DNA of 16,950 bases from a bacterium (GCA_027452085.1 DAIDHG010000003.1:1-16950); one strand, 5' to 3'; numbered from the stretch's first letter, positions 7,575 through 15,496 are shown. Notes: a model not told the origin generated them from the sequence alone. Made by a program: numbers and translations.

Positions 7575-7647
7575 ACTGCATCCTTCGATCTACTGAGTGC
7601 GCGATGGCGTTTGGCCAACCCAGATCACTCAGGTCGTTAGATGCAGT
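7575..7647 (-). other. Long imperfect hairpin in the rpsP-trmD intergenic region
   Basis: Nested inverted repeats ACTGCATC (7575-7582)/GATGCAGT (7640-7647) and CTGAGTG (7593-7599)/CACTCAG (7626-7632). On the mRNA strand it is followed by a U-rich tract. Confidence 0.65.
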
Positions 7648-7669
7648 CTTCGTAGTTCAAAAAAGAAGT

Positions 7670-7921
7670 TTAAGCGTTTGCTGATTTACCAACAAATTCT
7701 TTGTGCAGACGAGCTGCTGTATCAGTCAAAACGGCGCCCTTCTTGAGCCAGCCTTCTACGCGGTCAAGATGGTACTGAACGAATTGCTTACGCTCTGGAT
7801 CATAGGTGCCCAGGTTATCAATGTATTCGCCATTACGCTTTTTGCGTGAGTCGATAGCCACAAAGCGATACATTGGGGCATTCTTTTTGCCGATACGTGC
7901 AAGTCTAATTTTTACTGCCAT
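7670..7921 (-). CDS. rpsP: 30S ribosomal protein S16
   Basis: MAVKIRLARIGKKNAPMYRFVAIDSRKKRNGEYIDNLGTYDP..WLKKGA. RBS AGGA. Confidence 0.98.
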   Translation of the reverse strand: MAVKIRLARIGKKNAPMYRFVAIDSRKKRNGEYIDNLGTYDPERKQFVQYHLDRVEGWLKKGAVLTDTAARLHKEFVGKSANA

Positions 7922-7962
7922 GTAGATCCTATTGGTATTTGGGAGCTGCTACCTATATTAAT

Positions 7963-8010
7963 ATAAAGTTTGAGCAGTTTAACCATTTTCTCGCTTTCTT
8001 CAAACTGGGC
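7963..8010 (-). pseudogene. Diverged remnant copy of the ffh 3' end
   Basis: Minus-strand translation AQFEESEKMVKLLKLY versus the Ffh C-terminus TRFEESKKMIKLLKMY (8120-8073). 32/42 nt identical over 7963-8004 vs 8073-8114 by manual count. Confidence 0.75.
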
Positions 8011-8057
8011 GGGGGGCGGCCAGGTTGGCGGTCGATCTAAGTCTGCTCAAGGTTGTT

Positions 8058-9344
8058 CTATTTAAACTTACTATACATTTTGAGCAACTTGATCATCTTT
8101 TTGCTCTCTTCAAAGCGGGTGAGCAAGGCATTCACCTCGGCCGGCGTCGTGCCGGAGCCTTTGGCGATGCGCAGCTTGCGCTGCCCATTAAGGATCTCGG
8201 GCTGCTTGCGCTCCTTGCGGGTCATCGAAGAGATGATCGCTTTATACCCTCGCAGCTCCTTTTCTACATGAGCCAGCTGCTCATCACTAATTTTTTGGCC
8301 ACCTGGCATATATTTTGCCAATGAACTGATTGATCCCATTGAATTGAGCATGGAAATCTGGCGAGCAAAATCTTCAAGCGTAATATGGCCAGCGGCGAAG
8401 GTTGCCGCTGCTTTCGCTTTTTCATCTTCCTTGATCGCCGCATCTGCCTTTTCGATCAATGAGAGTATATCACCCATACCTATAATACGCCGCGCAACAC
8501 GATCGGGGTGAAAGATTTCAAGATCATCAATCTTCTCGCCCATACCCATAAAGAGGATCGGCTTTTTAAACACATGGCGGATGGCGATCGCCCCGCCGGC
8601 CTTGGCAGAGCCATCCATTTTGGTGAGCATGACGCCGGTATACCCAATCGGCTCAAACGCCTTACCAATGGCCAATGATTCCTGGCCAGTCATCGCATCA
8701 AGCACGAGGAATTTATAGGATTCAGGCACTGCACTGACGATACCTTTAAGTTCTTCCAAAAGCGGCTCATCAACATGCAGGCGCCCTGCTGTATCTAATA
8801 TAAGCAGATCATACTTTTTGGTCTCATATACCTTTTTAATCTCATGCGCTGCTTCAACAGGTTGTGTGGCCGATGCTCGATAGAAATCACAGCCAACCTT
8901 GTGAGCCAATTGCTCAAGCTGATCAATAGCGGCCGGACGATTAAAGTCGACCGATGCAAGGAGCACCTTCATGCCACGGGCATGATGCGCCAACTTTCCA
9001 GCCATGGTTGTTTTACCGGCACCTTGTAGGCCAAGCAGGAGCACCACTGAGTTTTTTTTGAAGGTAAACGGCTGCTGCTTACCACCCAATAGCTCGACCA
9101 ACTGCTCATAGACAATCTTAACAAACTGATCACCGGCCTTGAGACGGCCATGCGCTTTTTCGGTGACGGCCTTGCTTTTTACGGCATCGAGAAAGCTTTC
9201 GGCTACCTCATAAGGAACGTCAGCCTGAAGGAGAATATCAAACATCTCGGCGCAGGCGCTTTTGATGCTTTCTTCGGTCAGCGTTGAGCTCCCTGAAAAT
9301 CGACCGAAAAAATTAGATAAGGAGTTTGATAAGGTTTGAAACAT
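8058..9344 (-). CDS. ffh: Signal recognition particle protein Ffh (SRP54)
   Basis: LLQADV, GLQGAGKTT, RPAAIDQL, DTAGR, DAMTGQ, TKMDG, GMGEK and GMGDILSLIEKA, plus the M-domain IISSMT..ER..RIAKGSG. ATG at 9344 (MFQTL) preferred over TTG at 9356. Confidence 0.97.
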   Translation of the reverse strand: MFQTLSNSLSNFFGRFSGSSTLTEESIKSACAEMFDILLQADVPYEVAESFLDAVKSKAVTEKAHGRLKAGDQFVKIVYEQLVELLGGKQQPFTFKKNSVVLLLGLQGAGKTTMAGKLAHHARGMKVLLASVDFNRPAAIDQLEQLAHKVGCDFYRASATQPVEAAHEIKKVYETKKYDLLILDTAGRLHVDEPLLEELKGIVSAVPESYKFLVLDAMTGQESLAIGKAFEPIGYTGVMLTKMDGSAKAGGAIAIRHVFKKPILFMGMGEKIDDLEIFHPDRVARRIIGMGDILSLIEKADAAIKEDEKAKAAATFAAGHITLEDFARQISMLNSMGSISSLAKYMPGGQKISDEQLAHVEKELRGYKAIISSMTRKERKQPEILNGQRKLRIAKGSGTTPAEVNALLTRFEESKKMIKLLKMYSKFK

Positions 9345-9428
9345 GGTGTAATCCAAAAAATATTAATACGTGGACGACAATGGTAGCAGATAAATACAAT
9401 ATCGAGGAGCCGGCATGAAAAAAGGGTC

Positions 9429-9541
9429 ATCTTTGATTTTTAGCCAAAAAACGATCTTTTTATCTTTGATTTACGACCATTTTGGAGCTTAAGTTTGATT
9501 TTTAGCCAAAACAGACAATTTTTATCTTTGATTTTTAGCCA
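9429..9541. repeat. Four 18-bp direct repeats, consensus ATCTTTGATTTTTAGCCA
   Basis: 9429-9446 ATCTTTGATTTTTAGCCA; 9462-9479 ATCTTTGATTTACGACCA; 9491-9508 AAGTTTGATTTTTAGCCA; 9524-9541 ATCTTTGATTTTTAGCCA. Start-to-start spacings are 33, 29 and 33 bp. Confidence 0.85.
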
Positions 9542-9718
9542 TAGGAAATTTTAAAAATCCAGATCTCTCATTGTCTATTAAAAATGTTACAGGCCGAGTA
9601 TGCCTGCGAAGGAGCTGGTTTTTTGACTATGAGGCAAGAAATGGGGGGTTAAGCAGCCCCTTTTGATAGCCTCCTGGGGTGTGTTAGGTTGCAATGGCAT
9701 TAAACCCAAGGAGCAATC

Positions 9719-10663
9719 ATGAAAAATATCATATTCCTTTCATTGGCAGCTTTTGTTGCCACACAAAACTCGGCCATCGTTGCTCAAGCAGCTACATCAT
9801 CAGTAGATGCTAAAATTGAGCAAGCAGTTACTTTGAAGGGCGCGGTCACCGGCACGCTTAACCACTTAATACTGCACCCGGCTGAAAAAATACAATGCTC
9901 GCAACGCGAAGCATTAGCTGCTAAAGAATGCCTCCAAACTGTTCGTCGTGGTTTAGAACTGTCTGACAAAACTCTCGATTCTTTAACTGACCGAGAACAG
10001 GCGCTCGAGAATCTGATGTGTATTCTGAGCCAGAAAGACGACATTTTATCGGCGATCCTGACGCACGTAGGCATTTTTGAAGATGAAAATACCATCGTTA
10101 AACTTCTGCATGCGTGCATGGAGTCGTTGAGTGATCCGATCTTTCAGGCAAAGCTCATTGAGCATATGAAGCATCTACGCCAAGAGCTGCTTACCTCTGC
10201 AGAAGCAAACGCACACACCTTGGCGAAAGAGGTAGGTGCCGATGCTCAGGTAGCGCAGCGCACCATTGCACAATTAAAAAACATAGAACCGCACATTGCA
10301 AAACTGGTCAAAATAGGCTGCGGCTTGGCTCACAATAAGGCAGCTGCATTCTATAACCAGCTCTTGTCAGGATTATCCCCTGAGCAAAAAGCACAATTTA
10401 CCAAAAGACGTAACGTCGCGTGTTCCTTCAAGCCAATGGCAACCTATGCCTTGGTGAAGAAATTCTATGATGATGCCATCGAACCATGGATTACACCCGC
10501 ATCGAAAAAAGTAGTAAAACTAACCAAAGGTATAATTCAAGAAGCTGTTTCGGATCAAGACAATGCAGCAATCAACAACTTCTTACAAAAAAGAGGGGAG
10601 AACCCCTTGATCCAGTTGTGCGACGAGCTTATTAAAATCTGCGATAAAAAACTTAATAGTTAA
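9719..10663 (+). CDS. Hypothetical secreted alpha-helical protein (314 aa)
   Basis: Long ORF, RBS AAGGAG, signal-like MKNIIFLSLAAFVA. No family motif recognised. Confidence 0.85.
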   Translation: MKNIIFLSLAAFVATQNSAIVAQAATSSVDAKIEQAVTLKGAVTGTLNHLILHPAEKIQCSQREALAAKECLQTVRRGLELSDKTLDSLTDREQALENLMCILSQKDDILSAILTHVGIFEDENTIVKLLHACMESLSDPIFQAKLIEHMKHLRQELLTSAEANAHTLAKEVGADAQVAQRTIAQLKNIEPHIAKLVKIGCGLAHNKAAAFYNQLLSGLSPEQKAQFTKRRNVACSFKPMATYALVKKFYDDAIEPWITPASKKVVKLTKGIIQEAVSDQDNAAINNFLQKRGENPLIQLCDELIKICDKKLNS

Positions 10664-10702
10664 TCTACTATGGATCAACGCATCCTACTTTTAGGAGATC
10701 AC

Positions 10703-11701
10703 ATGCATCGTTTAGTTCTTTATTCAATTCTCACCTCAGCTTTTTTGTGCCCTCTTATGCACGCCAAGCCATCCCCAAAAAATCGAGAGGGTTGGGGGCG
10801 CATTGAACGAATCAGAAAAGCTCAAGATTTTTTCCGCATGCAAGAAACTGTCAACGCGGTGATCGATAGCATTGATGCTTTAGCCCAAAAAGCCATGGCG
10901 CTCACTCTATCACACGCAAATTTGGCAGAACTATCAAAAGAAGAACTACTATCCACCAAAATAGCATTACTTGAAGCAGCTAATGTTCTTTTGCAACTCG
11001 ATAATTACAAAACGCGTGACCAGATTGAAATCCCCCGCCAGGAAAATCACGACTCTGCAAGAAATATGAAACTGGCAGCAAAGATAATGGATGGTTTTAT
11101 TCGTGTCTTACGCATGCCTGAATTTCAAGCTGAGGTAAACAAGGTTGTAGATGCCATAGCCAAGGCAGTAGATACCATGCCAATGCGACGCTTGGCTCCC
11201 TCGGCAAGCGACAACATTGCACGCATATATGAAAAAATCATCTCTAGGGCAGGATCGGTTAAATCAAATAACAATCTGGGGCAGGCAATCTGTGAATACG
11301 CCCACGATGCTCTTATTAAGCTTGTTAATACCTATGAAAACAACTATTTAGTGCGCAATGAACAAACGGGCACTATGGAACCTTTTGTTAGAATTTCTTC
11401 TACTGAACAACCACGAGGACTATCGCAAGAAAGTCAGCAGGCTATTAAGGATATAGAACGCTTTATTCATGTTGCACTGCCATATATGTATGCAGCAGCC
11501 AATGAAGAAAGCGAAAACCAAGCATGGGTGACCGAACTGTCTACAGCGCGTTCAAAGTTCATTGAGATTATACAAGCTACGGGCATGAAACGCGCCCTGG
11601 AGCTCATCGACGCGGCGGTTAAGCGGTGCGATACCGCTGCTTGCATGAAAGAGATGCTTACCACCTACAACGTAGTAAATCCGCTCGACCGCACTAAGTA
11701 A
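10703..11701 (+). CDS. Hypothetical secreted alpha-helical protein (332 aa), possible distant paralog of 9719-10663
   Basis: Start reassigned to ATG 10703 (RBS AGGAGA; signal MHRLVLYSILTSAFLCPLMHA). Shares L..P.FQA and L.D...K.CD motifs with the upstream gene. Confidence 0.85.
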   Translation: MHRLVLYSILTSAFLCPLMHAKPSPKNREGWGRIERIRKAQDFFRMQETVNAVIDSIDALAQKAMALTLSHANLAELSKEELLSTKIALLEAANVLLQLDNYKTRDQIEIPRQENHDSARNMKLAAKIMDGFIRVLRMPEFQAEVNKVVDAIAKAVDTMPMRRLAPSASDNIARIYEKIISRAGSVKSNNNLGQAICEYAHDALIKLVNTYENNYLVRNEQTGTMEPFVRISSTEQPRGLSQESQQAIKDIERFIHVALPYMYAAANEESENQAWVTELSTARSKFIEIIQATGMKRALELIDAAVKRCDTAACMKEMLTTYNVVNPLDRTK

Positions 11702-11724
11702 TTAAACTGATATAGATCTATATG

Positions 11725-11757
11725 AAAAGCCTCGGTACACACCGGTGCTTTTTTATT
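11725..11757 (+). terminator. Rho-independent terminator
   Basis: AAAAGCCTCGGT-ACAC-ACCGGTGCTTTTTTATT after the 11701 stop (one mismatch, one G-U pair). Confidence 0.7.
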
Positions 11758-11858
11758 GCCAGGACAACACAATTCCCATTTCCCGGTTGCCAAACCTACA
11801 TAATTTGCTACCTTGCATTCCATTCATTTATTACTTACAACAGCTTGGAATCAACATC

Positions 11859-12476
11859 ATGACACAACAACGCGTACTCTTCCTGGTGAGCATTCTATCT
11901 CTCTTAGGTTTGGCCGGCTGCGCCAAATATAAAGCCCGCCCATTGAATAAACTACGAACAAACATGGGCCAGAAGCATGAGCATCAATGCATTTGCTTCA
12001 ATCACAAAGCGTTTGATCACGCAGATTGCAAACGTTACCTTGATCGTGATGTGATTAAAGAAGGTTACCAACCAGTACAGATCGAAATCACCAACAACAC
12101 CGATCGTTGCCTCAAAATTTCTCCGGCATCATTCCCGTTCCCGATTGCTACTCCAGAATCAATTGCACGCCTCGTGCACACTGATACCGTAGCTCGCGCC
12201 GTTGGGTATGGTGTAGTTGGCTTCTTCTGCTGGCCATTTATCATTCCAGCAATTGTTGATGGCATCGGTTCGGCTGAAGCCAATGAGGCATTGGATGACG
12301 ATTTTGCAGACAAGAGCCTGACAACTCATGTAATTCAGCCATATTCATCTATTAATGGGCTGATCTTTGTGCCGCGCCGCGACTACCAAGATGATTTCAG
12401 CTTTACGGTAGTTGATGCACAAAACAATCAAAAATTCACCTTATCACCGGCCAAAAGCCAACTAAAAATAGCTTAA
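11859..12476 (+). CDS. Hypothetical lipoprotein (205 aa)
   Basis: Start reassigned to ATG 11859: MTQQRVLFLVSILSLLGLAGC with lipobox LAGC. Internal hydrophobic segment AVGYGVVGFFCWPFIIPAIV. The upstream GTG start in the track lies inside a terminator. Confidence 0.85.
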   Translation: MTQQRVLFLVSILSLLGLAGCAKYKARPLNKLRTNMGQKHEHQCICFNHKAFDHADCKRYLDRDVIKEGYQPVQIEITNNTDRCLKISPASFPFPIATPESIARLVHTDTVARAVGYGVVGFFCWPFIIPAIVDGIGSAEANEALDDDFADKSLTTHVIQPYSSINGLIFVPRRDYQDDFSFTVVDAQNNQKFTLSPAKSQLKIA

Positions 12477-12478
12477 GT

Positions 12479-12514
12479 AAAAAGCCTCGGTTTAAGTTCC
12501 GGGGCTTTTTTATT
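12479..12514 (+). terminator. Rho-independent terminator
   Basis: AAAAAGCCTCGG-TTTAAGTT-CCGGGGCTTTTTTATT immediately after the 12476 stop. Confidence 0.8.
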
Positions 12515-12538
12515 CATTAACATCGTAAGATAAAAAGC

Positions 12539-13492
12539 ATGTACTCAAGAACTATATTTACCGGCACACTTTTAATCTTTATTTCGGCCTGCCATGCTGA
12601 ATCCGCAACATTTGTGCCATTGCCAATTATCCAGGCGTTAACTGCCGGCGAGCAATTTTTTGGCGGCAATAAGCATTGGACGGCTGTTAATGAGAATCAG
12701 CAGCATTTTTTGAAGCAATATAATCCTCACCGACGGAGCCTATCTCATTTTAATGATACGGAGCTGCAGGCATGGGTTTCATATAATGCTGATGAGCTAA
12801 ATGATATTGCTTCCCAAAAAGGGTTCAGCATCACCTTTGAGCCATTCGCCCCCAATGAGTTTGGCATACTTTCTATTTTGGATGTGGTGCTCACCTGGTT
12901 GGAAAAAGGTACAGAAAACAGCGTCCGCTCAAAGATAGATGCTACCCATGAGCAGATTTTTAAGGCTGTCAGGCTAGAAAAAGGGGTGACGGTTTATTAT
13001 CCGCATAATTCTCTACATCGTTTTCCTATCGTCCGCGTGGAATCAAATGGACCTGATACGGTGTATATGACCATCGCCAATGAGCAGCTCGAGGGCTTTG
13101 CTTTGGCTGAAAAAATAAAGGAATTGAAACAAACAATGGCTCCTCAGCCAAAATTGGAGGCAGATGCCGAGCTTATTTTCCCAGTCGTCAACCTGGATCA
13201 AAAGGTTGATATTGGCTGGCTGCTGGGCATGCACCAATATGTTGGTGGTGACAAATTCACCATCACCCAGGCCAAGCAGCAAACGAAATTAAAGCTTGAT
13301 GAATCGGGCGCGCATGTTGAAAGCGCAGTCATGATAGCTATCGAATGCACTTCTTGTGGGTTTGAGCCAGAACCGATTGTCATCGATAAGCCATTCTATA
13401 TCTGGATCGAACGAGCGGGTTGCCAATCGCCTATTCTGTATGGGTATATTGATACTGATTGTTGGGAACAACTCGGCACAGCGGGTGAGTAA
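12539..13492 (+). CDS. Secreted serpin-like protein (short, divergent)
   Basis: C-terminal ITQAKQQTKLKLDESGAHVESA..TS..PIVIDKPFYIWIER..PILYGYI matches the serpin s5A-hinge-RCL-s1C-s4B-s5B pattern (V.E.GTEAAA..F.AD.PFLF.I..ILF.G.V). Signal peptide MYSRTIFTGTLLIFISACHA. Confidence 0.7.
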   Translation: MYSRTIFTGTLLIFISACHAESATFVPLPIIQALTAGEQFFGGNKHWTAVNENQQHFLKQYNPHRRSLSHFNDTELQAWVSYNADELNDIASQKGFSITFEPFAPNEFGILSILDVVLTWLEKGTENSVRSKIDATHEQIFKAVRLEKGVTVYYPHNSLHRFPIVRVESNGPDTVYMTIANEQLEGFALAEKIKELKQTMAPQPKLEADAELIFPVVNLDQKVDIGWLLGMHQYVGGDKFTITQAKQQTKLKLDESGAHVESAVMIAIECTSCGFEPEPIVIDKPFYIWIERAGCQSPILYGYIDTDCWEQLGTAGE

Positions 13493-13538
13493 TTAGTCAT
13501 TAATGCTATACTTATGCTCCATAAGTTTAAGGAATTTA

Positions 13539-14672
13539 ATGGCTCATAAGAAATTTTACGAACCGCATCTGCCGAAGGTGATGATCATCGGTGTGCATGC
13601 CCCCTATAATCATACAAAGAATATCGATTCCTATTTCGCCGAGTTTTTAAACCTGGTCAAGGCAAACGAGGTTGCCTATGACGATGCGCAATTTATTCGG
13701 CTACGCGAAATTGATAATGCCACCTTCTTTACCAAAGGTAAGGTTGAAGAGCTGATCAAAATCTGCAAAGAAAAAGGGATTGATCATGTGATCGTTTCTG
13801 AGCCATTAACCTCGGTGCAGGAGCGTAATCTTACCGATCTATTAACGGCAAAGGTGTTTGATCGCACAGCACTCATTTTGGATATTTTTGAAAAACAGGC
13901 CACCACCTTAGAAGGCAAGACACAGGTTGCCATTGCCATGCTGCAATACAAAAAATCGCGCTTGGCTGGCAAAGGAGTGTACATGTCGCAACAGGCTGGG
14001 TTTATTGGCGGCCGCGGACTTGGCGAAACAGCCAAAGAGCGCGAAACACGGCACATTGAAAATCAGATCCTCAAGCTCCGCCGCGAGCTCGAGCACCAGC
14101 AAGAAATTCGTAAAACGCAACGCAAGCGCCGACTCGCGACGGGCATACCCATGATCTGCTTGGTTGGCTACACCAACGCCGGCAAATCCACGATTATGAA
14201 TGCATTAACCAAATCGGATGTGCTGGCTGAAGACAAACTGTTTGCCACGCTTGATACCACCACGCGTGAGATGTATATCGATCATCATAAAAAAGGGGTC
14301 TTGATTGATACTGTCGGCTTTATTCAATTTTTGCCGCCACAACTCATTGATGCATTTAAATCGACTCTAAGCGAGCTGCAATATGCCGATTTACTGTTGC
14401 ATGTGGTTGATATTTCCGATCCAAATTGGGAATCACATATCGAAGCGGTTTTGCGCATTTTGGCTGATTTGGAAGTTGAAAAAGAGATGCTCTTTGTATT
14501 TAACAAGGTTGATCAAATCGACAATATTGATGTGGTCAAAGATATTCATAAATATTTGCCGCACGTAGTCATATCGGCGCGTTCAAAAGATGGCATACAA
14601 CCATTGGTAAAATTCTTAGCGCAATGGCAGCCATCTCGTGTGGCGGAGCATGCCACCATTCAAGATTTATAG
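13539..14672 (+). CDS. hflX: Ribosome-splitting GTPase HflX
   Basis: KGKVEEL, LTSVQERNL, DRTALILDIF, GRGLGET, G1 GYTNAGKS, LFATLDTT, G3 DTVGFI, G4 NKVD and ISA. Start reassigned to ATG 13539 (RBS AAGGA). Confidence 0.97.
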   Translation: MAHKKFYEPHLPKVMIIGVHAPYNHTKNIDSYFAEFLNLVKANEVAYDDAQFIRLREIDNATFFTKGKVEELIKICKEKGIDHVIVSEPLTSVQERNLTDLLTAKVFDRTALILDIFEKQATTLEGKTQVAIAMLQYKKSRLAGKGVYMSQQAGFIGGRGLGETAKERETRHIENQILKLRRELEHQQEIRKTQRKRRLATGIPMICLVGYTNAGKSTIMNALTKSDVLAEDKLFATLDTTTREMYIDHHKKGVLIDTVGFIQFLPPQLIDAFKSTLSELQYADLLLHVVDISDPNWESHIEAVLRILADLEVEKEMLFVFNKVDQIDNIDVVKDIHKYLPHVVISARSKDGIQPLVKFLAQWQPSRVAEHATIQDL

Positions 14673-15460
14673 TTCATCAAAGCATCGCGAATAATAATAA
14701 GGCGCGCGAGTCTTTCTTGGGCGACCGGTAGCATGCGTATATCAATGCCAACCAGCCAACGTATAAGCGCGTTGCTCTGGCCCCATGATAAAAACAGTTG
14801 CACTTGATCAATTCTATCATGTATCGCTTTTATAACCCGATCGATCGGCGTGGCTACTGATGTTTTTCGAATCACCTCAGGCGAAGAGAAGTAGGCGGCA
14901 ATAAGCTGCTTTGACAACTCTGCTTCAGATATTTTTTTGATTGCGGTCAGTGGCATTTCATGCCGCCAGTTGATCATGGCATCTTGATGCAAAGCGTTTG
15001 TTATTGCGGCAATTTTTTTTCGTGCATACGAGATCTGATACGATGCAATACCAAGGCTTGCGCATATGCCGATGCCAACAGCAGACAACCGCCGCATTGA
15101 TGCCGATCGAGATTGCTCACCCATTGCACGCACCATATGCCGTTTTTCAGCTTCATATTTTTTTGTGAGCTCAGTGATCATTGCTTGATGCGCTTGGCTC
15201 GCTGCTTGGCTCTCTTGGGCAAACCGTTGTTCAGAGGCTTCCAACTCGCGCTTTATTGCCTCAAGCTCTTCGGCCTTTTGTGATACATCTTTGATCGCTT
15301 GGGCAACCCGCTGATCAGCTTCGTCTTTATAATGACTGATATTAACCCAAGCATTGTATTGATCAGGTGTCGTGAGCATAAATGGCAATGTTGGCTGGCT
15401 TTGAGCACCATATGCCACAATGCAACAGCCCATGAGCATCATTGTAAAAAAAATCTTCAT
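14660..15460 (-). CDS. Hypothetical exported/membrane protein with a coiled coil and one internal hydrophobic helix
   Basis: Signal MKIFFTMMLMGCCIVAYGA; heptad-rich EELEAIKRELEASEQR; hydrophobic LSAVGIGICASLGIASY. RBS AAGGA. Overlaps hflX convergently by 13 bp. Confidence 0.85.
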   Translation of the reverse strand: MKIFFTMMLMGCCIVAYGAQSQPTLPFMLTTPDQYNAWVNISHYKDEADQRVAQAIKDVSQKAEELEAIKRELEASEQRFAQESQAASQAHQAMITELTKKYEAEKRHMVRAMGEQSRSASMRRLSAVGIGICASLGIASYQISYARKKIAAITNALHQDAMINWRHEMPLTAIKKISEAELSKQLIAAYFSSPEVIRKTSVATPIDRVIKAIHDRIDQVQLFLSWGQSNALIRWLVGIDIRMLPVAQERLARLIIIRDALMNYKS

Positions 15461-15468
15461 AGCATTCC

Positions 15469-15496
15469 TTGACTAAATATATCTGGATCATACCTT
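15469..15496 (+). promoter_or_regulatory. Putative promoter for the 15530 gene
   Basis: TTGACT (15469-15474), 16 nt, TACCTT (15491-15496), in the 69-bp divergent spacer. Confidence 0.4.

Noticed and set aside
7575..7647. SRP RNA (ffs) or tRNA near ffh
   Set aside because: No SRP domain IV signature (CAGG..GNRA tetraloop..AGCA) on either strand, and no cloverleaf or TTCRA motif in a tRNA context.
7922..8060. Readthrough or frameshift extension of Ffh into the duplicated tail
   Set aside because: The 110-bp offset puts the copy out of frame, and ffh ends in a normal TAG at a typical C-terminal position.
9429..9541. CRISPR array interpretation of the direct repeats
   Set aside because: Repeats are 18 bp and spacers 11-15 bp, both too short. 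Spacers 1 and 3 resemble each other, and no cas genes are present.
9643..9664. GGGGTT-AAGC-AGCCCC-TTTT hairpin upstream of the 9719 gene as an attenuator
   Set aside because: The stem is short with a G-U pair, no leader peptide or antiterminator is evident, and a promoter-like TGtTAGGTT lies downstream of it. Not enough support.
14660..14672. 13-bp convergent overlap of hflX and the 14660-15460 gene
   Set aside because: Short tail-to-tail overlaps are common in compact genomes and do not indicate a special mechanism.
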